Assembly (NCBI GenBank): GCA_951406725.2
Contig: OX597833.1
Coordinates: 40,238,001 to 40,302,000 of the forward strand
Reading direction: 5' to 3'
DNA length: 64,000 nucleotides
Origin: Octopus vulgaris
Taxonomy: Eukaryota
Positions 1-11,837 of the stretch are shown piece after piece (position 1 is the first letter of the stretch; each line of letters starts with the position of its first letter). The translations under genes were made by a program, and so were the position numbers. The notes below the pieces were generated by a model. The model was not told the origin of the DNA and made no database searches. It worked only from the letters and a program-made list of their open reading frames with translations.

Positions 1-544
1 ATTGACTAACCCCCTCTTCCAAAATTTCAGGCCTTGTGCCTATATTAGAAAGGATTATTAGAAAATTTAAGACAAAGCTAAGTGTTTCAAAGTTATGTTC
101 AAACCACAGAAACTCAAGAAAAATGAGATTAAATAGAAGTGAACTGAGATGAATTAAACATCAAATACTTTGTCCCTAACAGAAACTTCTAGAATTCTTT
201 TGCTCAGAAGAAGAATCCCTTTGTTGTCAACAAAGATAATAGCAACCTAAATTTTTTCCACCCTATCTCAGTTCTGACTATTATTCTCTTAGAACTTTTC
301 CCTTTACTGCCAATAAAGTCACCTGAATAACAGAAGCTATTAACTACTTCTACATTCTGTAGAGGCTTCTGAGAATTACAAGGGATTTATTTTAGTGGTG
401 CCTTGAAGGTAAACTACTCTGGTACATCTACCATAGGTAAAGTTGCTATTTACCGTCGGCCAGCCTTTGATTTCACTACATCTCTTGCACATTCATTGTT
501 CACATTGGGTTCATCACATAGAGTTTCTACTTACACATTCTCTA

Positions 545-1250
545 CATCGTCATCATTTAGCATCTGTTTTCCATGCTGGCATGGGTTAGATGGTTAGACA
601 GGTAAGCTGGAGAGCTGTACCAGACTCCAGTCTGATCTGGCTTCATTTCTGCAGCTGAATCCCCATTCCCCTGGGTGGAGACACATGGTTAGATAGAGCA
701 GTGGACTCGTGGTCGAGGGATTGTGTGTTCGAATCTCAGACCGGGTGATGTGTGTGTTTATGAGCGAAACACCTAAGCTCCATGCGGCTCCGGCAGAAGG
801 TAATAGTGAACTTCTGCTGACTCTTTCACCACAACTTTTTCTCACTATTTCTTCCTGCATCTTGCAGCTCACCTGCGATGGACCAGCATCTCATCCAGGT
901 GGGGAACCTATACGCCAAGGAAACCGGGAAACCGGCCCTTATGAGCCAGGCATGGCTCGAGAAGGAACAAATGAAGCTGAATCCCCTTCCTAACACCAAC
1001 CACTCCAAGAGTGTAGTGAATGCCTTTTACATGTCACCAGCATGGGTGTCTTTATGTGTCACTGGCACTGGCCATGACTACAGTTTCACTTGGCTTGACA
1101 TGTCTTCTCAAATATAACAAATTACCAAAGGTCTCAATCACTTGTCATCACCTCTGTGAGACTCAACAGCCAAAGATCATGTTTCACCATCTCATCCCAT
1201 GTCTTCCTGGGTTTACCTCTTCCACAAGTTCCCTGCATATTGAGCATAAC
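545..1250 (-). mobile_element. RTE LINE 3' fragment, decayed, interrupted by a SINE
   Basis: Has the family 3' end (catcatttagcatctgttttccatgctggcatgggtt) and the antisense of the C-terminal GRPRKTWDE region; homologous to 29978-30700 and 62477-63500. Confidence 0.85.
665..974 (+). mobile_element. tRNA-derived SINE (family D) with a 12-bp TSD
   Basis: tRNA-like head with B-box gttcgaatc; agctgaatcccc is duplicated at 653-664 and 975-986; a reverse copy lies at ~53210-53510. Confidence 0.85.
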
Positions 1251-1396
1251 TATTTCCCTATTGGTATCAGAGTCCTGTCTTCTTCCCTATGCACTAAAGG
1301 TTTAGCCTTTGTAAAGTTTAATCCAAAGCTTCTTGATTCTAGGTTTTAATAATTTTTTTTCCTTTACTTCTGGAAAATCTTACTTGGGACAACAAT

Positions 1397-1782
1397 TTTA
1401 GCTAAAATGCCTGTCAAAGCTATACATTTTTAGCTAAAACTGTATCAGAGTTTTGTGTTTAACTAAAAAATTCTAGAAAGTTCTAACATATGGCTATAAA
1501 CTCTGTCAAGGCCTTTCATTTAGTTAAAAGCTGTAACAGAACATTATGTTTAGCTAAAAACTTTATAAGGGTGTCTTCATTTAGTAAAACCTCCAGAGTG
1601 TTATGTTTAGCTAAAAGCATTAAAAAGCAATCCCTTTTAGTTTTTAGTTAAAATCTTTATCTGCCTTATGTTTAGCTAAAAGCTTTATTAGCCTGTATAT
1701 TTAACTAAACACTCTGAAAGAGACTTACTTATATTTAACTAAAAACTCTATTAAGTGTTTTCATTTTGTCCAAAACTCTACA
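1397..1782. repeat. Degenerate ~30-bp tandem array with palindromic core TTTAGCTAAA (13 units)
   Basis: Core copies at ~1397, 1429, 1458, 1489, 1519, 1549, 1580, 1606, 1643, 1671, 1700, 1734 and 1764. Confidence 0.8.
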
Positions 1783-2009
1783 ATCAAAATTCTTTCATTG
1801 ATAATAGTTATTTATCAGTTTTAGATTTTGTTGTTCTGTTTGGTTTTTATTGTGATATTTCATATAGAACAAGTTAATGATTCATCTTCTAATTGATTCT
1901 ATTTCCCCAATCAAACCTCTTTCTGTACATAAATTCTGTTAAAAAATTTTTCTTGGTGGTTTCATCTAACAGAAAAAAAATTAAAATCTAAAGAAAGAGT
2001 TTTAACTAA

Positions 2010-2306
2010 ATACACAAACACACATGCACAGACACACAGATACACAGACATGCACATGTACACACATACATGTCCATGTACACATATAGACACATGCTCG
2101 CATTCACATATATATGCACATACATGTGCATACATGTTGATGCATATATTTACACAAATGCACATACATATATACTGATGCATACACACACACATACAAA
2201 TGCACATATACATCCACACAAATGCATACATGCAGACACAAACCTCACATGCACACACATATATACCTACACACAAACATACAAACGCACACACACACAC
2301 ACACAC
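2010..2306. repeat. Compound (CA)/(TA) microsatellite
   Basis: Visible directly. Confidence 0.95.
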
Positions 2307-3284
2307 CAATTTTTAAACAGTGGAGAATAAAGAAAGAAATTTGGTTGAAAAAAGGTCATCAGTGAATTTCAGTGGAAATCAAAAAGCTTGAAAACATAAA
2401 ACAACCAATTAAGAGAGAGTACTCAGGAATGTGGAGTGATGGTTGATGGGAAGGAATTGCTGGCAGTTAAATGAAGAGCTTTATTTTGATAAAAATTCCC
2501 GTAAGGGTTCTTAAGAGAGGAAAAAATATCCTAATAAGGGATCCCCTAAGTTTTTTACGGAAAAAGAGAAGGACTATTAAAGGAAGAGTTTTGTTTTGCA
2601 AAAATTCTCCATCAGAGAGTTCAAACAAAAAAAAAAGAAACAAAAGAATCTCTTGAGAGTTCTTAACTGAAAAAAAAAAATGGATTTTTTTTTTTAATGC
2701 CTAAATGTCCGTTACAGAGTTTTAACAGGAATGGGGAAATAATTACAGAAAATAATTTTTAATTCATTTAAGAACATTTGAGAGTTTTGGCTGAACTAAT
2801 TTAAAATAATTAAATAATTTAGAATAATTTTCGAGCTGAAAAAAAAGATAGAAAACGTTTAAAGGAGAAAAAAAGGATTTCATATTTTAACTGGAAACGA
2901 GTCAATGTGGAAGAGTTTTGACTGAAAATTAAAGAGCACGTCTGCTGAAAAACTAAATTTGAATATTTTTTCAGACTTTTCTAACAAATAAGAATGATGA
3001 TTAAAATATCATTAGAAATAAAATGTATCATTTGATGTTTAATACAAGCAATGTATTGAAAAGTATATGCATCTTGTACTCTGTTTTTATAGACTTCCCT
3101 GTCAGAGGACAACAGTTGAGGGCTCAGCAATTTCTTACTGAGAAACCTGCACAGATGATTTGTTTATAGAGATCAAATGTTTGTGTAGTACATTAGCCCT
3201 CCATCAAATCGCCATTGCCTGAACAGGTATATGGTGAGCTGCACATCAGATGTCAAAGTGATCTCAGAGCAACATAAAAAAAAA

Positions 3285-3682
3285 ATTATTAACCATCTTA
3301 CAAACAATAACTCTGAGCACCTTTTCAAACTCCACCTGTCTAACACCCGTAGACATGTTTACAAAGTCAGAAAACAGCACAGCTCCCATGACTTTCGGAC
3401 ACATTTTTTCATGCTAAGAGTTGCTGAAGCATGGAACAAACTGTTGGCATCAGTTGTTAGTTGTCGAAGCACTGCATCCTTCAAAACTTCCATGCTTCCT
3501 GAGATTCACCTAGACTACACCTGATTTTCTCCCCTCCATATACACGCAAGCATGTATCTGACTCATACACTGTTCACTTTCCAGACATTTGTACATTACT
3601 GCATATGCTTTATATGCACTTTTGACAAGTTGTGGTGCACCTGAGCACTGTATACAATAATTTCATTATTTTTATTATTATT
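3285..3682 (+). mobile_element. CR1-clade LINE 3' fragment nested in a minus-strand SINE (~3140-3780)
   Basis: Peptide NTRRHVYKVRKQHSSHDFRTHFFMLRVAEAWNKL fits the CR1 ORF2 C-terminal pattern TRGH..K...R..FF..RV...WN.L; (ATT)n-like tail; SINE halves on both sides. Confidence 0.8.
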
Positions 3683-4251
3683 TAAAGTGTTTGGTTCAAA
3701 AATACAACACATTGCCTGAGCCAGGAATCGAAACCACAATCTTGCAACCATGAGTACAACACTCTAACCACTAAGCCACATATAAGCACCTACATAAATG
3801 AAATACATATGCATACGAAAATGCAGGGCATATCTGAGTAATTCAGTAGTAAAGTCACTTGATAACCAACATGCTTCAGTATGACATCATTGGCAAGTGC
3901 ACACTATTTACATAAGTCAGGCTGGTGTCTGACTCTTGATTGTTGTTTTCACTACTTTTCAGCTGTTATATACTCCAGCCCTGTTCAGGTTCCTTGTATC
4001 AGAATTTCGAACTTAACCATGGGGATACACCGTTCTCATTCTACTCTCTGCATTTCGTGGCATTTTTCCCTTCAGTTGATTCTTTGTGAATTCACCTTAG
4101 TAGAATTGACCTCAGAACTTCCAGATGATTACACTGCATTAACCAACTCCTTCATCCACAATGCTATGCTCATAGGCAGTGTCAGAGTGAATTTTTTAAG
4201 GGTTATAAACCTAATGTCCATCAAATTTATTATCATTGTTACTATTGTGGA

Positions 4252-4476
4252 AAGGTGGTGAGCTGGTGGAATTGTTAGCATACCAGGCAAAATGCTTAGC
4301 AGCATTTTGTCTGTCCTTACATTTGGAGTTCAAATTCCACTGGGGTCAACTTTGTCTTTCATCCATTTGGAGTCTATAAAATACATACCAGTTGAATACT
4401 GAGGTTGATGTAACTGACAAGCCCCCTCCCCTAGAATTTCAGGCCTTGAGCCTATAGTACAAAGGATTATTATCAT
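4252..4476 (+). mobile_element. tRNA-derived SINE (family K)
   Basis: aaggtggtgagctgg head, B-box gagttcaaattcc, central gtcaactttgtctttcatcc motif, attattat tail; many copies in the window. Confidence 0.85.
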
Positions 4477-4898
4477 TGTTTAAATCTGCTCTTTTTCTTT
4501 TATATTTTAGTTCCTGGTCAAGCCAAGACTTGTGTGTGAAAATGAGTTGACAGATATACTACGGAAGCCTGTCAGATGGATGGATCAAATACATATAAAC
4601 ATTACTGTAAGGCTGGCTCCCTCTTCAAGGTGGAAAGATTGGCATCCATATAGCTATATGCCTGTCTTTCCACTACTGGTTACATATCGTTGACTTTTTG
4701 TATGCTCCATCTGCCAATAGTGTAACTATTACATAATACTGAGCCCAAAGAAACAGCTGTTGGATCTAAAATACTATGCCCTCTCCCTTTAGTTTTCTGT
4801 AGTTTTGTACTCCATGTAAATTGGTTTTGTAAATATATAAATATCCATATGCTTATACACAAATGTCCATCTGAATATTTTCGGTTTTTGCTTTCCTT

Positions 4899-4929
<31 letters not shown>

Positions 4930-4959
4930 GTACCCTTATATATATTCAAATGCAATGGT

Positions 4960-5166
4960 AGGAGGGAACAAACACAGACACACAAATACATACACACATA
5001 TATTTATATATATATACACAACAAGCTTCTTTCAAATCCACTCACAAGGCTTTGATCGGCCCAAGGCTATGGTAGAAAACACTTGCCCAAGGTGCCACGC
5101 AGTGGGACTGAACCCGCAACCATGTGGTTGGGAAGCAAGCTTCTTACCGCACAGCCATACCTGCGT
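4960..5166 (-). mobile_element. tRNA-derived SINE (family A), partial
   Basis: Reverse complement of the ggctgtgtggtaag...ggttcagtcccactgcgtggcaccttgggcaagtgt head. Confidence 0.85.
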
Positions 5167-5167
5167 C

Positions 5168-5399
5168 TATATATGTGTGTATATATATATCATCTATATC
5201 TATATATATATATATATATATATATACATACAAATTATATATATTTATATATATATCATCGATGATGATGATGATATATATATATATATATATCATCGAT
5301 GATGATGATGATATATATATATATATATATATATACATACAAATATATATATATATATACACACATGTATATTATATTATAAATATATATATTTATATA

Positions 5400-5452
<53 letters not shown>
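5168..5452. repeat. (TA)n/(GAT)n/(CA)n compound microsatellite
   Basis: Visible directly. Confidence 0.95.
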
Positions 5453-5453
<1 letters not shown>

Positions 5454-5829
5454 TTTGTCTTAATGTCTTTTATCAATATTAACCACATACCAATCTTCTA
5501 AAGAAGCAACTCCATTTCTTCAATGATATTTTCAATGGCGGCAATCTCTTTGATAATGTTTCCACTCAAAACAATTTCCTTTTAATGCTATTTTTACATC
5601 CAAATTCCTCCCCACTTTTCATTGCCTTCTTTTCTAGAGGGGTGGCTGTGGAGTCGTTTTACAGTGTTATTTTTCTGGGGTGGAAAAGGGTTGTTTCATT
5701 TCAGGGTCACATTATTTATATGTAACAGCAAGTCCAGTTCTGAAAATAGCCACTTCACCCATCAGAGAGAGGAAGGCATTTTTACTTGTGAGTGTTTGTA
5801 AATGTAGAAGGAGTGAGACAGGGTTGTCT

Positions 5830-6365
5830 TTTTGTTGCTGCTACTGTTGTTGTTGTTATTGTTGTTGTTGTTATTGGCTATTGTTGCTTACTTTTGGAAA
5901 CAGGGCTTCTTATTGCTTGCTATTTTTGCTGTGTTTTGTTTGTTTATTGTTATTGTTATTGTTGTTATTGTTGTTGTCATATCTCTTATTCTTGCTATAG
6001 TTGTTCTTAACAGTTGCTATTATTATTGTTCTTGTTGTTATTGTCATTGCCGTCAATGATGTTGTTGTTGTTGCTGCTGACACCACTGCTGCTGTTGCCA
6101 CCACTGCTGCTGCTGCTGTTGCTGTTGCTGCTACTGTTGTTGTTGCTATTGTTGTTGCTGTTGCTATTGTTGTTGCTGCTTTGCTGTTGTTGTTGTTATT
6201 GTTGTTGCTGCTTTGCTGTTGTTGTTGTTGTTGTTGCTGCTTTGCTGCTGTTGTTGTTATTGTTGTTGCTGCTTTGCTGTTGTTGTTGTTATTGTTGTTG
6301 CTGCTGCTTTGCTGTTGTTGTTGTTGTTGTTGCTGTTGTTGTTGTTATTGTTGTTGCTGCTTTGC

Positions 6366-6442
<77 letters not shown>

Positions 6443-6634
6443 TTGTTGTTGTTGTTGCTGTTGTTGTTGTTGTTGTTATTGTTGCTACTTTGCTGTTGTT
6501 GTTGTTGTTATTGTTGTTGCTGCTTTGCCTTTGTTGTTGTTGTTATTGTTATTGTTGTTGCTGTTTTGCTGTTGTTGTTGTTCTTCTTCTTGTTCTTGTT
6601 GTTGTTGCTGTTGTTATTGTTGTTGCTGCTTTGC

Positions 6635-6665
<31 letters not shown>

Positions 6666-7560
6666 GCTGCTGCTTTGCTGTTGTTATTGTTGTTGCTGTT
6701 GTTTCTGTTGCTGTTGTTGCTGTTGTTGTTGTTGTTGTTGTTGTTATTGTTGCTGCTTTGCTGTTGTTGTTGTTGTTATTGTTGTTGCTGCTTTGCCTTT
6801 GTTGTTGTTGTTATTGTTGTTGCTGTTTTGCTGTTGTTGTTGTTGTTGTTCTTGTTCTTGTTCTTGTTCTTGTTGTTGTTGCTGTTGTTATTGTTGTTGC
6901 TGCTTTGCTGTTGTTGTTGTTGTTGTTGTTGTTGTTATTGTTGTTGTTGTTGCTTTGCTGCTGCTGCTGTTGTTGTTGTTGTTGTTGTTGTTGTTATTGT
7001 TGTTGTTGCTGCTTTGCTGCTGCTGTTGTTGTTGTTGTTGTTGTTGTTGGTCTTGTTGTTGTTGTTGCTGTTGTTATTGTTGCTGTTGTTGTTGTTGTTG
7101 TTGTTGTTATTGTTGCTGTTGTTATTGTTGTTGCGGCTTTGCTGTTGTTGTTGTTGTTGTTGTTATTGTTGTTGCTGCTTTGTTGTTGTTGTTGTTGTTG
7201 TTATTTTTGTTGTTATTGTTGTTGCTGCTTTGCTGTTGTTCTTGTTGTTGTTGTTGCTGTTGTTATTGTTGTTGCTGCTTTGCTGTTGCTGTTGTTGCTG
7301 TTGCTGTTATTGTTATTGTTGTTGTTATTGTTGTTGCTATTGTTGTTGTTGCTGTTGATGTTGTTGTCATCACAGTTGATGTTGTTGTTCCCTTTCCTTG
7401 CTACCATGCTTGTTTTTCTTGTTACTATCGGTTTTTTTTATTGTTGTCATTCCAAATGTTACTGTTATCATTGTTGTTGCTGCTATTGTTTGTTTTTTAT
7501 TTATTTAAACTCTCATTATTATTATTACTGCATTAGTTATCACTAAAGTTATTGCTGCTG
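5830..7560. repeat. ~1.7-kb (GTT/GCT/ATT)n trinucleotide tract with higher-order units
   Basis: Recurrent GCTGCTTTGCTGTTGTT...ATTGTTGTT unit; TTTG anchors at 6180, 6212, 6241, 6273 and onward. Confidence 0.95.
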
Positions 7561-8458
7561 TTGTGGTCTTTCCACCACATTTTACTTTCACTTTCCATTA
7601 GCACATATATACATATGCACATCCATGTGCCTGCATGTGTTCTCGCTTATGCGTAGACATGTGTTTGTGCATCTGTGCACATACATATATGCAGGTGTAT
7701 GCATATATCTTCTCGTCAGTGTAACAAGCATGAAAAATACAGGAAAATCATTAAAATAATTTTATTCACCATATTACATGTGTGTGGTTGTGTATTCATT
7801 TAGTATGCAGAGTTGGAATGATATTTCAGAATGCAATGCAAATCCCTGTACCATCACCACCACAAATTATATTACCATTCACAGTGACATGAAGAAATAA
7901 AAACTTCAGAAAGTATTTGTTCCAGAAATGGGTCTTTATAGTCAGAATAAACATTGTATTGATCAGGTTCTCTATTAATTATCTACTAAGTAGCTTTCAT
8001 TAATCACTGGAAACCACATTTTATTAATTAGCTTTTGTGATTACAAAATACACTTAATTAATTTACATACATAGTGAGAAGAAATAATTTATCGTTGTCC
8101 AGCCTTCATAGTCAGAACATGTAAAAGATGTATTAATCAGCATTTATAATCAGAAGAAACACTTTCTTGAATAGTGTTCGAAATCAGGAAAAAAAAGAGA
8201 AAAGTAAATGAGATATCAACTAATTGATTAACAAGCATTCATAGTCCCAATAAACAGGTCATTGTCTAGTTTTTACAGATTTATTAACTCTATTTCAAAA
8301 TCATAAAGCTATCACTTGATAACCTGAGCCATTAGCCTTCACAGTAATAGGAACCAATTCATTGGCTGTTCTTCATACTTTACAGGAAAATACATTGACC
8401 AGCCTTCACAGTTGCAAAAATGCAAATCCTTGACTGTTGTTCACAGTTATAGAGAACG

Positions 8459-8940
8459 TACAAGGGGTAGTGATAAGTTCCTGGCTTTGGGTAAGAGAAA
8501 ATACAGGAGAATCATTAAATTATAATTCTATTCACCATATTACATGTGTGTGGTTGTGTATTCATAAGTATGCAGAGTTGCTGAAAAGTTCCTGGCTTTG
8601 GGTGAAAGAAAATACAGGAGGATCTGTTAATTATGATTTTATTCAACATATTCCTCTCTCAGATTCACGCACGTATTACAGCACTCCTTCAGTTTTTCTA
8701 GACCCTATAAAGGAACTCAGAAGTTTGGGCCTTCCAACCAGGCCTTTCATGCTACCCTTGAAACCAGGAACTTTTCTATTCAACTTTTCTATTCAACATA
8801 TTCCTCTCTCAGATTCACACACTTATTACAGTAGTTCTTCAGTTTTTCTAAACCCTATAAAGGAACTCAGAAGTTCCAGCCTTCCAACCAGGCCTTTCAT
8901 GGTACCCTTAAAGCCAGGAACTTTTCAACACCCACTCATA
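8459..8940. mobile_element. Rearranged mariner-type MITE with internal duplications
   Basis: TIR-like ends tacaaggggtagtgataagttcctggcttt and aaagccaggaacttttcaacacccactcata; 8640-8776 is repeated at 8790-8926; homologous to 10665-10882. Confidence 0.8.
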
Positions 8941-9075
8941 TTGATTCATGTTCAGTCACAGAAAAAACATTGACTGATCTTTACAGTCACAAAAACTACA
9001 TTCCCAAGAGAAGTACACTTGCTTTGCAGACCTTGGAAAAGCATATGACTGCATGCCACAGCACATGCTGTACAG

Positions 9076-9435
9076 CAGTGGTTATCAACCAGGGTTCGTA
9101 TGGTCCTTGGGGTTCTATATAAGATTATAGTTCTTAGTGGGGTCCATATAAGATTTTGTTGTTAAAATTTATCTGCAATAGTCGTAGGAGTGGCTGTGTG
9201 GTAAGTAGCTTGCTTACGAACCGCATGGTTTCGGGTTCAGTCCCACAGCATGGCACCTTGGGCAAGTGTCTTCTACTATAGCCTTGGGCTGACCAAAGCC
9301 TTGTGAGTGGATCTGGTAGACGAAAACTGAAAGAAGTCCATTGTATATATATATATATATATATGTATGGATGTATGTATGTATGCATGTATGTATGTAC
9401 GTGGATCTGGCAGACGAAAACTGAAAGAAGCCCAT

Positions 9436-9480
<45 letters not shown>

Positions 9481-9845
9481 ATGTATGCATGTATGTATGC
9501 ATGTATGTATGCATGTATGTTTGTCCCCGTAACTTAGTGGTTCGGCAAAAGAGTCCGATAGAATAAGTACTAGGCTTACAAAGAATAAGTCCTGAGGTCG
9601 ATTTGCTCGACTAAAGGCAGTGCTCCAGCATGGCCACAGTCAAATGACAGAAACAAGTAAAAGAGTAAAAGAGTAATAAATTAGTTCTACTTCTACAATA
9701 CACAAAATGATATTTTAACAATTTTGTTTTATACAATTCTTAATAATATCTAATTATGAAAATGCAATAGGATGGCTAGGAAGGTCCATGTGTGTTAGAC
9801 ACAAATCAAAGGGATCCATAGGAAAAAAATGGTTGAGAACCACAA
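9076..9845. mobile_element. hAT (Charlie-like) MITE containing a family A SINE
   Basis: Ends cagtggttatcaacc and ggttgagaaccac; imperfect 8-bp flanks ctgtacag/cagtagag; a related inverted fragment lies at ~37140-37340. Confidence 0.7.
9181..9675 (+). mobile_element. Family A SINE, full length, with internal microsatellite and duplication
   Basis: A/B-box head, CORE-like ccttgggcaagtgtcttc, (aaaagagt)n tail. Confidence 0.9.
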
Positions 9846-9877
9846 CAGTAGAGAGATTTGCAGGAGTCTAGGATTAA

Positions 9878-10100
9878 CCCTTTCGTTACTGTATTTATTT
9901 TGAGATGCTCTGTGTTTCTTTCAGTTACTTTAAATGTAACAAAGGATTTAGTTAAAATAACTTAGTTATCATTCAGCTCCTGTTAGGATCATAAATTGTG
10001 AGTAAAAGTTTGGTGGAAGATTTTTAACTCAAAACTTATGAAAACAGGGCATTTGTACTCAGAGCCAGAGATGGTTTCAGCCAGGTTGGTAACGAAAGGG
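9878..10100. mobile_element. piggyBac-like MITE
   Basis: TTAA at 9874-9877 and 10101-10104; TIRs ccctttcgttac / gtaacgaaaggg. Confidence 0.9.
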
Positions 10101-10224
10101 TTAATGGGCAACTTCTGGTTGCCAGGAAGTCCTTGTATAAATACCCAGATGTTTGTGTTCAGGTAAATGATGCTAAGTCAAGATGTTTCAATGTGGGTGT
10201 TGGACTTCAGGTAGGATGTGTAAG

Positions 10225-10480
10225 TATCACCTCTCCTTTTCATAACTCTTATGAACTGGATTGACATGCACAGCCATTGCGGGAGTGGTATCACAATCGG
10301 TGGGTGTAGGATTAATTGGTCAGTTGATATTTGCAGATGATATGGTGCTACTTGGCTCATCAGAAAATTATCTCCTGCACTCAATAACTCACTTCACTGC
10401 TGAGTGCCACAAGGCAGGGATGAGGACTAGAGTTACAAAGACTGAAGCATTGGTCCTCTCACTTCCCAGAGAGGTTCAAC
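10225..10480 (+). pseudogene. Non-LTR reverse transcriptase fragment (RTE-like)
   Basis: LIFADDMVLLGSS...FTAECHKAGMRTRVTKTEALVLS contains the catalytic FADD motif and the downstream G(M/L)...KT motif. Confidence 0.75.
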
Positions 10481-10664
10481 CTCAGAAGGTTTCTAACATC
10501 CGCATAAAGCTGAAAGTAATTTGGGATTGTGTCAGTTATATCAATCTTCAGGAATTGGCTAATATTTATTTTAGTAAGACCTAGGAAGATGAAAGGTGAT
10601 GTTAATTGTAATTGCATGTTCTCTATTTTGTCTTTGAGCAGGTAAACTGAAGTAAGCAGAATTA

Positions 10665-10882
10665 TACAAGTGGTGCTGATAAGTTCTTGGCTTGGGTAAA
10701 AGAAAATACAGGAGGATCAGTTAATTATGATTTTATTCAACATATTCCTCTATCAGATTCACACACTTGTTGCAGCAGTCCTTCAGTTTTTCTAAACCCT
10801 GTAAAAGAATTTGGAAGGCTGGGCCCTCAACCAGGCCTTTCGTGATGCCCTTAATGCCAGGAACTTTTCAGCACCCCCTGTA
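10665..10882. mobile_element. mariner-type MITE, complete
   Basis: TA flanks; ~28-bp imperfect TIRs caagtggtgctgataagttcttggc / gccaggaacttttcagcaccccctg. Confidence 0.85.
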
Positions 10883-10892
10883 TGATATATAT

Positions 10893-11034
10893 ATTTCTTT
10901 ACTACTCACAAGGGGCTAAACACAGAGAGGACAAACAAGGACAGACAAACGAATTAAGATGATTATATCGACCCCAGTGCATAACTGGTACTTAATTTAT
11001 CGACCCCGAAAGGATGAAAGGCAAAGTCGACCTA
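10893..11034 (-). mobile_element. Family K SINE, 3' half
   Basis: Reverse complement of gtcgactttgcctttcatcctttcggggtcgataaattaagtaccag...aaagaaata. Confidence 0.9.
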
Positions 11035-11628
11035 AGACACATACCTTATACAGAGACCTAAAATAATGATTGTATAAACTTATGAAAGAGTATCAATGTG
11101 GTCTGGTTACTCAACCTGCAAGAAACTGCAGGACAGTGTAGTAGTCATTTTCATACATAAAAACAGCATGACCATATTTGGAATGCCTTTGTTTACAAAT
11201 TTGTTTGACCATTACTGACCTGGGGTTAAACAACAACAACAGCTGTGGGTTTTAAGATTTAATTTTATTCCCATGTGGTCTCTAGTTTTGGTACCTTAAT
11301 CTCACAGCCACTGAACCTATTAAGTACAAGATTCAAAGAATAGAAGATTAGGTGAATTGAAGATTAAATGAATAGAATAAAAGAATTTATAGAATAGAAT
11401 ATGGGATTGTCATCATTATAGATTACAAATGAACATCTTCACAATTTGTGAACATTATTTTTCTCAGGCCCAATATCTTTATCAGAGATCGATAATGAAT
11501 AAATTCATTTAGCCATTTCAGATCAATACAAGCAAGAAATTACCATCATTATCATCATCATCACCATTATTCTTATTCTTCTTCTTATTATTATTATTAT
11601 CATCATCATCATTATTGTTATTATTATT

Positions 11629-11835
11629 CAAGGTGGTCAGCTGGCAGAATCATTAGCACAAGGATGAAATGGTTAGCTGTATATCACCCATTGCTAAGTT
11701 CAAATTCCACCAAGGTTGACTTTGCCTTTCACCCTTGTGGGGTCAATAAATTAAGTACCAGTGAAATACTGGGGTCGATGTAATCGACTAATCCTCTCTC
11801 ACCAAATTTCAAGCCTTGTGCCTTTAGTAGAAAGT
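11629..11835 (+). mobile_element. Family K SINE
   Basis: Same head, central motif and tail as 4252-4476. Confidence 0.85.
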
Positions 11836-11837
11836 CT

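Noticed and set aside
1397-1782. CRISPR-like repeat-spacer array
   Set aside because: The core is only ~11 bp and degenerate, linkers resemble each other, there are no cas genes, and the context is eukaryotic.
3881-4261. 126-aa ORF in unique sequence
   Set aside because: No recognisable motifs, runs into a SINE, and other frames are closed.
5480-5700. Possible minus-strand exon (donor-like gtatgt at ~5485-5490)
   Set aside because: Stops in all three frames and no convincing acceptor.
6001-7546. 510-aa Leu/Cys/Val ORFs as real membrane or metal-binding proteins
   Set aside because: Pure trinucleotide repeat, open in all three frames by composition, with non-ATG starts.
8437-8973. 178-aa ORF with an internal repeat
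   Set aside because: Read-through of a duplicated MITE; no transposase motifs.
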